Source: a virus. Taken from it: 64,000 nucleotides of DNA. The DNA lies in IMG/VR virus record IMGVR_UViG_3300027782_000036, one strand, 5' to 3'. The notes under the pieces are model-generated. The model was not told where the DNA came from, did no database searches, and worked only from the letters and a program-made list of their open reading frames with translations. Positions 29,547-40,088 of the stretch are shown in pieces (the first letter of the stretch is position 1; each line of letters starts with the position of its first letter). Made by a program: the position numbers and the translations under genes.

Positions 29547-30128
29547 ATGGCTGGACATAACGGCGCTTTAACAAGACAACCTGAAAATACAAATTTATTA
29601 CAAGTCACTAAGTATATAATGACATTACCACGTGTAAATAATGTTCAATATTTTTGTCAAGAAGCCAATTTACCTGGTGTTTCTATTTCTCAGATTGCAA
29701 GACAAACACCCATAGTTGATCTATGGTCACCTGGTAGTAAATTATCATATAATGAATTTGATGTAACATTTGTTATTGATGAAGATTTACGTGCTTGGAC
29801 AGATATCCATGATTGGATGAGAGGTCTTTCTGGTGGTGTTGATGATAATGAATGGTCTAATATGATGAGAAAATCAGCAGTATCACAAGATGCATCTGTT
29901 GAACAAAATAAAAATCCTAATGCCAGACCTTTTCCACAATACTCTGATGGTGTTTTAACACTATTGACTGGATTAAATAATCCAAAAATTCGTATTAAGT
30001 TTGCTCAAATGTTTCCAACTGATTTATCTGATATACAATTTGACTCAAAACTTTCTTCTGATACAATCCTTACGGCTACTGCCAAATTTAGATTTGACTA
30101 TTTTAATATAGAACGCTTGACAGGTTAA
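29547..30128 (+). CDS. gp3: Tail tube terminator/completion protein gp3
   Basis: YFCQEANLPG, FPTDLS; preceded by CCTAAATA late-like promoter at 29519-29526. Confidence 0.85.
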   Translation: MAGHNGALTRQPENTNLLQVTKYIMTLPRVNNVQYFCQEANLPGVSISQIARQTPIVDLWSPGSKLSYNEFDVTFVIDEDLRAWTDIHDWMRGLSGGVDDNEWSNMMRKSAVSQDASVEQNKNPNARPFPQYSDGVLTLLTGLNNPKIRIKFAQMFPTDLSDIQFDSKLSSDTILTATAKFRFDYFNIERLTG

Positions 30129-30145
30129 CATTTTTTTGTTATAAT
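30117..30145 (+). promoter_or_regulatory. Sigma70-type early promoter (uvsY)
   Basis: TTGACA-17 nt-TATAAT with TGn extended -10. Confidence 0.85.
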
Positions 30146-30175
30146 ATAAGCATTTAGCTTAATTGAGAGTTTATT

Positions 30176-30631
30176 ATGAGTGAAATATTACCACAATCAG
30201 AAATTGATTATGTTTTAGACCTTTGGAAAAAAGATTCTGAAATTGACCTTACCGAACCTAGTAGAGAAATCCTAAAGATTCCTAATCTACATAGTCGTTA
30301 TCTTACCATACTTACCAAAAACAAAGTAGCCTCTAAAAAGAAACTATTTGAATATAGTAAACTCAAGAAAATTAAATGGGAATACTACACAGGTAAAATG
30401 TCACAAGAAGATTTAGACAAGTATAATTGGGAACCATTCCGTTTTACTCTTAAATCTGATATCACTACTTACTTAGAATCAGATTCCCATTTAATTAAAC
30501 TCATGCAAGATAAAATGATTCACGATGAAATATGTGAAGCTTGCACTGCCATACTTAAAGAACTTAATAATAGAACTTGGCAACTTCGTGAGTATATGAC
30601 ACAAGAAAGATTTATAGCTGGTGCCAGATAA
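30176..30631 (+). CDS. uvsY: Recombination mediator UvsY
   Basis: IPNLHSRY, KWEYYTGK; gene order gp3-uvsY-uvsW. Confidence 0.88.
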   Translation: MSEILPQSEIDYVLDLWKKDSEIDLTEPSREILKIPNLHSRYLTILTKNKVASKKKLFEYSKLKKIKWEYYTGKMSQEDLDKYNWEPFRFTLKSDITTYLESDSHLIKLMQDKMIHDEICEACTAILKELNNRTWQLREYMTQERFIAGAR

Positions 30632-31094
30632 AAAATCTAATCAAGCTAAAGGTAGAACTAGTTATGACGCTAACGTTGATAACAGTTTAGTCACGTTTTT
30701 TAATCGTAATGTATCTCCATATCCTACAGAAGTTGGTAGTCCTAAGTTTGATTTAATACCAATTGAAAAACAAAAAGATGTAATGGTTAATGTTGCTCGT
30801 TTACATGCTAAACAAGAATACAACAGAATTATGGACGTGGTTAAAGTATTACAAAGTCAAGCCTCTGAAATTAAAAAAAGATTAGACTTGACAGACATGG
30901 TTCATGGTGCTGTTTATGATTTTCAAATCTCTCATGGCCAAACTTATTGGTTATTATATGACAGTAGAATATTAAAAACTAGATTGTGTTTACAAGGTCC
31001 TGATGATTGGACAACCGGCAAACCAGAGAGTTATGAATATATCTGTCAGGTAAAATGGTTAGGTGATTACACTTGGATTGAAATAGATGACTGA
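30621..31094 (+). CDS. Hypothetical protein (DUF2452-like)
   Basis: PYPTEVGSPKF, GQTYWL and GPDDW pattern. Confidence 0.5.
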   Translation: MPDKKSNQAKGRTSYDANVDNSLVTFFNRNVSPYPTEVGSPKFDLIPIEKQKDVMVNVARLHAKQEYNRIMDVVKVLQSQASEIKKRLDLTDMVHGAVYDFQISHGQTYWLLYDSRILKTRLCLQGPDDWTTGKPESYEYICQVKWLGDYTWIEIDD

Positions 31095-32589
31095 TAAATT
31101 AATCATTTCTAAAAAAGATGAAGTCTATGCTAAGGTAACTTGTGAGAAACATCACGCACAAGAGTTATCAGAGTTCTTTACATTCTTTGTTCCTGGACAC
31201 CAGTTCACACCAGCATTTAGAAATCGACTGTGGGACGGAAAAATAAGATTGTTCGATTTAAGATCGAATAGTTTGTATCTTGGTTTAATCCCTTATCTAC
31301 GTAATTTTTGTGAAGAAAGACAATACGATCTTGAATTTGACGAAACTGGTGCCGATCTTACTGATGATTATCCTGTTTATCATGGTGAAAAATTTGTTGC
31401 TGATTTAAAACTACAATCAGCTGGTAAAAATATTCAAGTTAGAGATTACCAACTTGATGCTTTCATTCAAGGTATGCGTCATAGACGCCAATTACTTTTA
31501 TCACCCACGGCATCTGGTAAATCATTAATCATTTATCTATTTGTTCGTCAATTCATTCAATATCAAAATCTTCGTGGTTTAATTATTGTTCCTACCACAT
31601 CACTTGTTGAACAACTCTATTCAGATTTTGATGACTATTCAAATGCTAATGGTTGGAATGTAGAAGATAATGTTCATCGAGTATATCAAGGTCGAGATAA
31701 ACAATCAGATAAAAATGTAGTCATATCTACTTGGCAATCTCTTTACACGTTACCAAAAGAATACTTTGAACAATATGATTATATAATTGGTGATGAAGCA
31801 CACCAATTTAAAGCATTATCACTCACCAAAATAATGACATCGTTATCCAAAACCAAATATCGTATTGGTTTAACTGGTACATTAGATGGTACCAAAACAC
31901 ACAAACTTGTATTAGAAGGTTTATTTGGACCTGTCCGTAAGGTCACATCAACAAAAGAATTGATTGATAAAGGTCAATTATCTGAATTTGAGATTAAATG
32001 TCTTATATTAAAACATGATGATGACATCTGTAAATTAATGAAAGACAAGAAATATCCTGAAGAACTTGAGTATCTAATTTTCAATACGGCAAGAAACAAG
32101 TTCATTCGGAATCTCGCACTATCATTGAAAGGCAACTCGTTGATACTCTATCAATTTGTTGACAAACATGGTTTAATCCTTTATAATATGATATCTGAAG
32201 CTGAGAAATTAGGCAATAGAAAAGTGTTCTTTATTCATGGTGGAGTTGAAACTGATGAACGAGAACAAATTAGAAAAATAACGGAGAATGAAAATGACGC
32301 TATTATTGTGGCTTCTTATGGGACTTTTAGCACTGGTATTAATATCAGGAATTTGCATAATATTATATTTGCGTCACCGAGCAAGAGTCGCATTAGAAAC
32401 TTACAATCGATTGGTCGAGGGTTGCGGGTTAGCGAAACCAAACAGCGAGCAGTTCTCTACGATATCTCTGACGACCTCAGAACAGGCAAACACGTCAACT
32501 TCACTCTAAGGCACTTTATGGACCGAATAAAGATATATAATGAGGAGAGGTTCTCTTATAAAATTTACAAGATTGCATTGAAACGATAA
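31087..32589 (+). CDS. uvsW: SF2 helicase UvsW
   Basis: SPTASGKS, GDEAH, QSIGRGLR. Confidence 0.95.
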   Translation: MTDKLIISKKDEVYAKVTCEKHHAQELSEFFTFFVPGHQFTPAFRNRLWDGKIRLFDLRSNSLYLGLIPYLRNFCEERQYDLEFDETGADLTDDYPVYHGEKFVADLKLQSAGKNIQVRDYQLDAFIQGMRHRRQLLLSPTASGKSLIIYLFVRQFIQYQNLRGLIIVPTTSLVEQLYSDFDDYSNANGWNVEDNVHRVYQGRDKQSDKNVVISTWQSLYTLPKEYFEQYDYIIGDEAHQFKALSLTKIMTSLSKTKYRIGLTGTLDGTKTHKLVLEGLFGPVRKVTSTKELIDKGQLSEFEIKCLILKHDDDICKLMKDKKYPEELEYLIFNTARNKFIRNLALSLKGNSLILYQFVDKHGLILYNMISEAEKLGNRKVFFIHGGVETDEREQIRKITENENDAIIVASYGTFSTGINIRNLHNIIFASPSKSRIRNLQSIGRGLRVSETKQRAVLYDISDDLRTGKHVNFTLRHFMDRIKIYNEERFSYKIYKIALKR

Positions 32590-32963
32590 TGGAAACTATA
32601 AAAATATTAAGAATGAAATCTGGTTATGATCTTATTGGTTTTGTGTCTGAAGATTTAACTCATCAGGTACATATAAAGAAACCTATGAAAATTAGTATTA
32701 CGGTTGATCCAAGAGATCAACAACAATTCTTTGTTATACAGAATTGGTTACCTCACCAGTATTTTGCTAAAGATGAAGTGGATATTTGGTTAGATGATAT
32801 ATTGTTTATTGTGGAAGCCACAGAATCTTTTAAAGATTATTATGTTGAAATGATTCATAAACTAGATAAGTTAATAACAGCAGTTAAGATAATGGATAAC
32901 TACGAAGATCATGAAGAAATGCTTAATGCTATGGATGAAGCTTATGACCAACCAATTCATTAG
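32589..32963 (+). CDS. Hypothetical protein (Sm-like fold probable)
   Basis: IKILRMKSGYDLIG N-terminus; position downstream of uvsW. Confidence 0.5.
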   Translation: METIKILRMKSGYDLIGFVSEDLTHQVHIKKPMKISITVDPRDQQQFFVIQNWLPHQYFAKDEVDIWLDDILFIVEATESFKDYYVEMIHKLDKLITAVKIMDNYEDHEEMLNAMDEAYDQPIH

Positions 32964-32992
32964 AAACATTAACATGATAGGGGACATAGTGA

Positions 32993-33021
32993 ATAATACT
33001 CTTTGTCAAGCGATTTGTCAA
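32993..33021 (-). promoter_or_regulatory. Antisense sigma70-type promoter with duplicated GCTTGACAAA
   Basis: Minus-strand TTGACA-17 nt-TATTAT; TTTGTCAAGC occurs twice on the + strand. Confidence 0.5.
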
Positions 33022-33048
33022 GCATAATTATGGGAAATTTATAATAAA

Positions 33049-34011
33049 ATGATTTTAATCACTGGTGGTGCAGGTTTCATAGGTGGTAATTATTTACACT
33101 ATTTGTATAAAGAGAACGTTCACAGAAAAGTGGTATGTGTGGATAAACTCACTTATGCTTCCAATTTGGAATACATTCAACCACTCATTGATAAAAAGTT
33201 TGTCATATTTCATGAAGAAGATATTGGTAACAAACAAGGTATTACAGAATTATTTAAATTTTATAAACCACATTTCATTGTAAACTTTGCAGCCGAATCA
33301 CATGTAGATAATTCTATTGACAACTTTAAACCTTTTGTTGATACAAATATATCAGGCACTATTAATTTATTAGAGTGTTCTAGATCACTAAAGAGCCTTA
33401 AAAAGTTTATACATGTTTCGACAGATGAAGTGTATGGTAGTTTAAATTTAGATTCAAAGAATAAATTTACAGAAGAAACACATTATGAACCTAATAGTCC
33501 ATATTCAGCAAGTAAAGCTGCAAGTGATCATTTTGTAAATGCATGGAGAGCAACTTATGGTGTTCCAACAATTATTACCAACTGTTCTAATAATTATGGA
33601 CCATCTCAACATATTGAGAAGTTTATACCAAAAGTAATTGCACATGCGTTAGAAAATGTTGCCATACCCGTATATGGTACCGGTGACAATGTAAGAGATT
33701 GGTTATATGTAGAAGATCATTGTCATGCTATTAATCTTGTATTAAAGAATGGCAAAGTTGGACACAAATACAATATTGGTGGTGGGGTTGAACTATCTAA
33801 TTTAGAATTAGTCAAAAAGATTCTAAAGATGATGGGTAAACCTGAAACGTTAATTAAGTTTGTTGATGATCGTCTTGGTCATGATAAACGGTATGCTATT
33901 GATTATGCTAAAATTGAGAAAGAATTAAACTATAAACCTTTATTTTCGATTGAAGAAGGTTTACTTAAAACAATAGAATGGATAAAAAATGGCAACAACA
34001 AACAAACCTAA
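33049..34011 (+). CDS. rmlB: dTDP-glucose 4,6-dehydratase
   Basis: TGGAGFIG, FAAESHVD, STDEVYG, YSASK, NCSNNYGP. Confidence 0.93.
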   Translation: MILITGGAGFIGGNYLHYLYKENVHRKVVCVDKLTYASNLEYIQPLIDKKFVIFHEEDIGNKQGITELFKFYKPHFIVNFAAESHVDNSIDNFKPFVDTNISGTINLLECSRSLKSLKKFIHVSTDEVYGSLNLDSKNKFTEETHYEPNSPYSASKAASDHFVNAWRATYGVPTIITNCSNNYGPSQHIEKFIPKVIAHALENVAIPVYGTGDNVRDWLYVEDHCHAINLVLKNGKVGHKYNIGGGVELSNLELVKKILKMMGKPETLIKFVDDRLGHDKRYAIDYAKIEKELNYKPLFSIEEGLLKTIEWIKNGNNKQT

Positions 34012-34525
34012 AAAGAATTACATCAATAATTCTGACTTCTTAAAAGCTTTGGTTGATTTTAAAGAAAGAAAAATAAACAATCCAAATGAACCAATACCAA
34101 ATTATATTGGTGAATGTTTCATGAAGATTGCTGAAGGTCTTTCTCACAAACCAAACTTTATCAACTATACCTACCGAGATGAAATGATTGGTGATGGTAT
34201 TGAGAACTGTCTTATGTATTTTGACAACTTCAATCCAGAAAAATCAAAGAACCCTTTTGCGTATTTCACACAAATCATCTACTTTGCATTTCTTCGTAGA
34301 ATTCAAAAAGAGAAAAAACAAACATATATCAAATATAAAGCCACAGAACAATTTGGTATTTTAGATGAAATGGAAATGTTAGAGAATGAAGATGGCACTA
34401 ATCGTCAATTTGAACTATATGAGAACCTATCAGAGTTTATAGAACAATTTGAACTCACTCAAAAAGCCAAGAAAAAGAAAACGGCAAATAGTAAAAAGGG
34501 GCTTGAACTCTTCATCGAAGAGTGA
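33989..34525 (+). CDS. gp55: Late sigma factor gp55
   Basis: PNFINYTYRDEMIGDGIENC, NPFAYFTQI. Confidence 0.95.
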   Translation: MATTNKPKKNYINNSDFLKALVDFKERKINNPNEPIPNYIGECFMKIAEGLSHKPNFINYTYRDEMIGDGIENCLMYFDNFNPEKSKNPFAYFTQIIYFAFLRRIQKEKKQTYIKYKATEQFGILDEMEMLENEDGTNRQFELYENLSEFIEQFELTQKAKKKKTANSKKGLELFIEE

Positions 34526-34531
34526 TATAAT
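34503..34531 (+). promoter_or_regulatory. Sigma70-type promoter at the 3' end of gp55
   Basis: TTGAAC-17 nt-TATAAT, TGn extended -10; overlapping inverted repeat ACTCTTC-atc-GAAGAGT. Confidence 0.55.
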
Positions 34532-34556
34532 TCAGTTAATTGTAAATGGAGATTTT

Positions 34557-34991
34557 ATGAAAGTAGGATTCAATTGTTCTACCTTTGATTTGTTTCATGC
34601 AGGCCACGTCACAATGCTTAAAGAAGAAAAACGGCATTGTGATTATCTCATTGTGGCTATTCAATATGATCCAACACTCGACAGGCCAGATACCAAAAAC
34701 AAACCAATTCAGTCAATCTATGAACGATATTGCCAAGTATCGGCATGTAAATATATTGATGAAATATTAGTTTATGCTTCAGAAGAAGACTTATTAAACA
34801 TTCTCAAGACACAACATATCGACATTCGTTTTTTAGGTGATGAATACAAAACTAAAGACTTTACCGGTAAACAATGGTGTCTAGACCATGGTATTGAATT
34901 ATTTTACCATGATAGACAACATCCATATAGCAGCTCTAATTTAAGAAAAAGAGTTGCTGATGCTGAAAAAAACAATAAAGCGAACAAATAA
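34557..34991 (+). CDS. Cytidylyltransferase (TagD/glycerol-3-phosphate CTase-like)
   Basis: FDLFHAGH (HxGH) and YSSS motifs; start moved to ATG 34557 after GGAG. Confidence 0.82.
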   Translation: MKVGFNCSTFDLFHAGHVTMLKEEKRHCDYLIVAIQYDPTLDRPDTKNKPIQSIYERYCQVSACKYIDEILVYASEEDLLNILKTQHIDIRFLGDEYKTKDFTGKQWCLDHGIELFYHDRQHPYSSSNLRKRVADAEKNNKANK

Positions 34992-36067
34992 TGAAAGTAG
35001 CAATTATAACGGACCAGCACTTTGGTGCTAGAAATGATTCACCCAATTTCTTAGATTTCTACCAGAAGTTTTATGATAATGTATTCTTTCCTAAGCTAGA
35101 AGAAATTGGCATCAAAGAATTACTAATCTTAGGTGATACATTTGACAGACGTAAGTATGTTAATTTCTATTCTTTACAACGAACAAAACAAATGTTTTTT
35201 GATAAACTTAAAGAAAAGAATATTAAGATTTACATGTTGGCTGGTAATCATGACACATATTTTAAGAATACAAACGATGTAAATTCACCAGATTTGTTAT
35301 TAAAAGAATATGATAACATCCAAATTATAGATGAACCTACATTAATTACAGTTGGTGAAACACCTATTTGTATGATGCCTTGGATTTGTCCTGAAAATTA
35401 TAATCAAAGTATGGAGTTTATAAAAGATGTTAAGTCTGAAATCTGCATGGGTCATTTTGAAATTGAAGGCTTTGCAATGTATCGTGGCATGCAATCTCAT
35501 GAAGGTCTTCCTGCTAATATTTTTAATAAGTTCGATCTTGTATTTTCCGGCCATTATCACCATAAATCTAGTAATGGCAACATACATTATTTGGGGAACC
35601 CATACGAATTAACATGGTCGGACTATAATGACCAACGTGGCTTTCACATATTTGATCTTGACAATAGAGAATTAGATTTTGTCAAAAACCCATATTCAAT
35701 CTTTCATAAGATTACGTATGATGACAAAATTGAAGATAGTATTAAAGAAATATCAGGTAAAGATTTAACACCATATAAAGACACATATGTTAAAGTTGTT
35801 GTGATGAATAAGACAAATCCTTATTTGTTTGATATGTTTATGAACAACTTATATAAAGCTTCACCGCTTGACGTTTCTATTATTGATGATAATCTAGAAC
35901 ATATGAACAGTGAATTGACGGAAGACATCATATCTGAAGCTGAAGATACATTAACTATTCTAAACAAATATGTTGATGGTTTAACAACTTCTGATATTGA
36001 TTCTGGTAAACTAAAGAATATTCTTAAAGAACTTTACATCGAAGCACTAAATTTAGAGAACTCATGA
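34991..36067 (+). CDS. gp47: Recombination endonuclease subunit gp47 (Mre11-like)
   Basis: TDQHFG, GDTFD, GNHD, GHYH. Confidence 0.95.
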   Translation: MKVAIITDQHFGARNDSPNFLDFYQKFYDNVFFPKLEEIGIKELLILGDTFDRRKYVNFYSLQRTKQMFFDKLKEKNIKIYMLAGNHDTYFKNTNDVNSPDLLLKEYDNIQIIDEPTLITVGETPICMMPWICPENYNQSMEFIKDVKSEICMGHFEIEGFAMYRGMQSHEGLPANIFNKFDLVFSGHYHHKSSNGNIHYLGNPYELTWSDYNDQRGFHIFDLDNRELDFVKNPYSIFHKITYDDKIEDSIKEISGKDLTPYKDTYVKVVVMNKTNPYLFDMFMNNLYKASPLDVSIIDDNLEHMNSELTEDIISEAEDTLTILNKYVDGLTTSDIDSGKLKNILKELYIEALNLENS

Positions 36068-37779
36068 TACTATTTAAAACCATTCGCTGGAAAAATATAT
36101 TAAGTACCGGTAATTTCTTTACAGAGATTCACCTAAACAAATCACCAAATACATTGGTTATTGGCACCAATGGTGCTGGCAAGTCAACTATACTTGATGC
36201 TTTATGCTTTGGTTTATTTGGTAGACCTTTTAGAAAGATTAAGAAAGACCTATTACTCAATTCAATCAATAATAAAGATGCTGTTGTTGAACTTGAGTTT
36301 GAAATTGGTGACCGTGACTATAAGATCATTCGTGGTATCAAACCAAATGTATTTGAAATCTATTGTAATGGCAATTTGGTTGACCAAGATGCTAAGTGTA
36401 AAGATTATCAAGAACATTTAGAAAACCTCATTCTACGATTGAATTATAAGACATTCACTCAAGTGGTTGTTTTAGGTTCAGCTTCATTCACTCCATTTAT
36501 GCAGTTGTCACCTACTGATCGTAGAACCATTATTGAAGATTTACTTGATATTGAAATTTTCTCTACCATGAATACATTGGTTAAATTGAAGTTATCTGAA
36601 CTTAAAGAATTAACACAACAAAATAAATTTGATACAGATTTGGTGATTGAAAAGATCAATCTACAGAAACAAAATATTGAAGAGCACAAAAAACATAACG
36701 AAGAAGAAGTAAAGAATAAACAAGATGAGATTAATACAAACAATGAACAGATTACAAAGTTACAGTCCGACATTGGTTTAGTTCAGAAACATATTGAACA
36801 ACTACAATCTAAAGTATCTGATAAAGAAACAGTATCAGCTAAATCTAAAAAGTTAGTTCAAGTTGAAGCCAAATTAGAAGGCAATAAAAATAAGATTAAA
36901 AAAGACATTCAGTTCTATGAGGTAAACGATCATTGTCCTACATGTAAACAAAATTTAGATACAGACTTTAAGACAGAACAAGTTAAAGAACGTAATACTA
37001 AACTTGCAGAGATTGAAGATGGTATTATAAAACTAGAAGAAGCACTTGCTGAAGTGAATACCCGCATCACAGAAATTAATAATACCGCAATTAAAATATC
37101 AGAACATCATTCTGAAATTATTAAGATGAATTCGTCTATACAATCTATCAATAAGTATATTGTTAAACTTAATACAGAAATCAATCTTCTTGTTACCAAA
37201 AAAGACAACATGGAAGTTGACAATGAAAAGTTAAAAGAACTTCGTGATAACTTAACACTATTAACTGAATCACAAAAAGAAGTATCAACAGAAAAACATT
37301 ATTATGATTTTGCTAGTTCATTATTAAAAGATACAGGTATCAAAACAAAGATTATCAAACAATATCTACCTGTAATGAATAAGTTGATTAATAAGTATTT
37401 GGCTTCAATGAATTTCTTTGTTGATTTTAATATTAATGAATCATTTGAAGAAACGATTAAGTCGAGATATAGAGATGAGTTTAGTTATTATAACTTTTCA
37501 GAAGGTGAGAAGTTTAGAATTGACTTAGCTTTATTATTTACATGGCGACAGATAGCAAGACTAAAGAATTCAGCTAATACAAATTTACTAATACTAGATG
37601 AAGTATTTGATTCTAGTCTAGATACAGGTGGTACCGATGAGTTCATGAAATTAATACATGAATTAGGACACGATAGTAATGTATTTGTTATTAGTCATAA
37701 GGGTGATCAATTGTTTGACAAATTTAGATCAGTAATTAAATTTCAGAAACGTAATAACTTTAGTGAGGTCGTAAGATGA
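36064..37779 (+). CDS. gp46: Recombination endonuclease subunit gp46 (Rad50-like)
   Basis: GTNGAGKS, CPTC hook, FSEGEK, ILDEVFD. Confidence 0.96.
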   Translation: MILFKTIRWKNILSTGNFFTEIHLNKSPNTLVIGTNGAGKSTILDALCFGLFGRPFRKIKKDLLLNSINNKDAVVELEFEIGDRDYKIIRGIKPNVFEIYCNGNLVDQDAKCKDYQEHLENLILRLNYKTFTQVVVLGSASFTPFMQLSPTDRRTIIEDLLDIEIFSTMNTLVKLKLSELKELTQQNKFDTDLVIEKINLQKQNIEEHKKHNEEEVKNKQDEINTNNEQITKLQSDIGLVQKHIEQLQSKVSDKETVSAKSKKLVQVEAKLEGNKNKIKKDIQFYEVNDHCPTCKQNLDTDFKTEQVKERNTKLAEIEDGIIKLEEALAEVNTRITEINNTAIKISEHHSEIIKMNSSIQSINKYIVKLNTEINLLVTKKDNMEVDNEKLKELRDNLTLLTESQKEVSTEKHYYDFASSLLKDTGIKTKIIKQYLPVMNKLINKYLASMNFFVDFNINESFEETIKSRYRDEFSYYNFSEGEKFRIDLALLFTWRQIARLKNSANTNLLILDEVFDSSLDTGGTDEFMKLIHELGHDSNVFVISHKGDQLFDKFRSVIKFQKRNNFSEVVR

Positions 37780-38396
37780 GTGACGATATTATAAGCATAG
37801 ACACGGGTGAATTGGCCAAGGTTAAACCAACGGCAACCAAAGTTGAAGTTCCATTATTTAAATTGGTATCAGAAGATAATCCTATTTTACGACAACCAAT
37901 TGAAAAATTTGATTTTGAAAATCCACCAGTTAATCCAAATGCGTTTGCTAGTTCGTTAGTTGAAACATGTAAAGCAAATAAAGGTTTAGGTTTATCTGCT
38001 AATCAATGTGGTTTTAAATATAGAGTATTCGTAGTTGGTTATGCTGAAAATTATGTTGCATATTTTAATCCAAAGATTACATGGGTATCTGATGTGTTAT
38101 CACATGCTGATGAAGGATGTTTATCATTCCCAAATTTATTCATAAAGATTACCAGACCAGAGTCAGTTGAAGTTGAGTATCAAGACTTTACAGGTGAAAC
38201 TAAAACAGCAAGATTTGGCGGTCTAACTGCCAGATGTATACTTCATGAGTTTGATCATATGAATGGTGTGGTATTTACCACTCAAGCTAAACCATTAGCA
38301 TTAAAAACTGGTCTTGACAAACGTATGAAACTTGTGAGAAAATATGAAAAGTATTCAAAACTATTACAAAAACAAGTGAAGAAATTAGGTAAATAA
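37776..38396 (+). CDS. def: Peptide deformylase
   Basis: GLGLSANQ, EGCLS and HEFDH motifs. Confidence 0.93.
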   Translation: MSDDIISIDTGELAKVKPTATKVEVPLFKLVSEDNPILRQPIEKFDFENPPVNPNAFASSLVETCKANKGLGLSANQCGFKYRVFVVGYAENYVAYFNPKITWVSDVLSHADEGCLSFPNLFIKITRPESVEVEYQDFTGETKTARFGGLTARCILHEFDHMNGVVFTTQAKPLALKTGLDKRMKLVRKYEKYSKLLQKQVKKLGK

Positions 38397-39661
38397 TGGC
38401 AACACCAATAGAATATGTAGATAAACAGTGGGAAGATTGGCAGAAGAATAATGATCCTGCCACGTTCAACCACATCGATGAAGAAGAACTTAAAGTCATT
38501 TTAACAAAAGATTTGACTTATGCTTCTCAAATGGATGTGCGTGAATACACACTCTATCAAAAGTGGTGTGAAATTCAAGAGAGATATCCCACTCAAGAAG
38601 TATCTACATTGTTTGGTACAGAACGTCAAATGGTTTATCCAGACCAAGAAAAACTAATTAAAAAAGTTAAATCAAACTTTTGGAATCCAGAGAATCCAGA
38701 TGATTTCGATAAGTTAGATATTGAATTGGTATTGTCAAATGGTGAAGGTGCTGAAGAATGGAATGCTATTCGAACATTCACTTCTACCATGAAGAACAAT
38801 TCAAACATTGGTAGAAATCTATTTTACATTATTAAAGATAAAGCTACTGGTAAGTATCTTGGTGTAATCTGTATTTCATCAGACTTCCTTGATTTGACAC
38901 CTAGAGATAATGCCATCGGTTGGCCAAGAGATATTAAGACACAAGGTAACATGATTAACCATACAGCAATCGGTTCTACTATTGTGCCTCTCCAGCCGCT
39001 TGGATACAATTATATGGGCGGTAAACTGTTAGCTTTGTTATGTCTATCTGATACTGTTCAACAAGATTGGCAAAACAAATATGGTGATGTTCTAGTTGGT
39101 GTCACCACAACATCACTTTATGGTAAAACTAAAGCGGGTGGACTATCACAATATGATGGTCTTGAACATTGGAATGCCATGGGTTTTACTTCTGGTTCAG
39201 TTGCTTTTGATCCATCTAAGAAGACTATGAAAATGGTATTTGAATGGATTAAAGAAAATCATACTAAGAAATACTTTGAATGGTGGGAAGCAAAGAACAC
39301 ACAAGGCTTACCATTAAAACGAGACCATAAGAATAGATCATTACATTTTGCTTATGCCAAACTTAAAATACCAAAAAATCTAATTCGATGTGAACATGCA
39401 CGTGGTATCTATTTTTCACCATTATATAATAATTCTTTTGAATTTTTAAGAAAAGAAATTGGTAAAGATGTTCTTGTTAAGAGTTTTGATACTAGTGTAA
39501 AAGGATTGACTGATATATGGAAAACAAAATATGCTAAAGGTCGTATATCAATGTTGAAGAAGAAGAATACCGTTTCTAAAGAATCACTTTTCTATGATGA
39601 TTTAATTTATCTCACATGGGAAGAAACAAAAGCCAAATATTTACCACAAGTTGGTAGATAA
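38396..39661 (+). CDS. DUF4338-like protein, paralog A
   Basis: QPLGYNYMGGKLLALLC, TTSLYG, SQYDGL; shared with 62608..63720. Confidence 0.65.
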   Translation: MATPIEYVDKQWEDWQKNNDPATFNHIDEEELKVILTKDLTYASQMDVREYTLYQKWCEIQERYPTQEVSTLFGTERQMVYPDQEKLIKKVKSNFWNPENPDDFDKLDIELVLSNGEGAEEWNAIRTFTSTMKNNSNIGRNLFYIIKDKATGKYLGVICISSDFLDLTPRDNAIGWPRDIKTQGNMINHTAIGSTIVPLQPLGYNYMGGKLLALLCLSDTVQQDWQNKYGDVLVGVTTTSLYGKTKAGGLSQYDGLEHWNAMGFTSGSVAFDPSKKTMKMVFEWIKENHTKKYFEWWEAKNTQGLPLKRDHKNRSLHFAYAKLKIPKNLIRCEHARGIYFSPLYNNSFEFLRKEIGKDVLVKSFDTSVKGLTDIWKTKYAKGRISMLKKKNTVSKESLFYDDLIYLTWEETKAKYLPQVGR

Positions 39662-39666
39662 TACGC

Positions 39667-39695
39667 TTGACATATCAACTAGATAGTGATATGAT
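39667..39695 (+). promoter_or_regulatory. Sigma70-type early promoter
   Basis: TTGACA-17 nt-TATGAT with TGn extended -10. Confidence 0.75.
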
Positions 39696-39749
39696 TATAA
39701 AACTAATCAATACGATTAGGAATTTTGTTATTTTATAGGAGTTTTACAA

Positions 39750-40025
39750 ATGGTTAAATTGAGTGCGAAACAACGTATGTTGAATTATCTCATGAAAAAA
39801 TCTGGTTACAATACTTTCACAACAGCACAAGCTAGACGCTTATTTGGTGTGCAAAATATTGCAGCTCGTATTTCTGAACTTCGTCAAGAAGGTTATGCAG
39901 TATATCTCAATACTTACAAGCGTGGCGACGGCAGTCGTGTAAATGGTTATCGTTTAGGTACACCATCTAAAGCGTTTCGTAAGTATTTCAAAGAGATTGG
40001 CGTCAGAGCTAAGTCCGTAGCTTAA
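39750..40025 (+). CDS. Small winged-HTH DNA-binding protein
   Basis: TTAQARRLFGVQNIAARISELRQEGY. Confidence 0.7.
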   Translation: MVKLSAKQRMLNYLMKKSGYNTFTTAQARRLFGVQNIAARISELRQEGYAVYLNTYKRGDGSRVNGYRLGTPSKAFRKYFKEIGVRAKSVA

Positions 40026-40040
40026 TCGTCAATGCTGTGG

Positions 40041-40068
40041 TGAGGGGTCGCAAAGGCCCCTCATTTTT
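40041..40068 (+). terminator. Intrinsic terminator
   Basis: TGAGGGGTC-gcaaa-GGCCCCTCA followed by TTTTT. Confidence 0.85.
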
Positions 40069-40088
40069 ATTATTATTAGGAATATATT

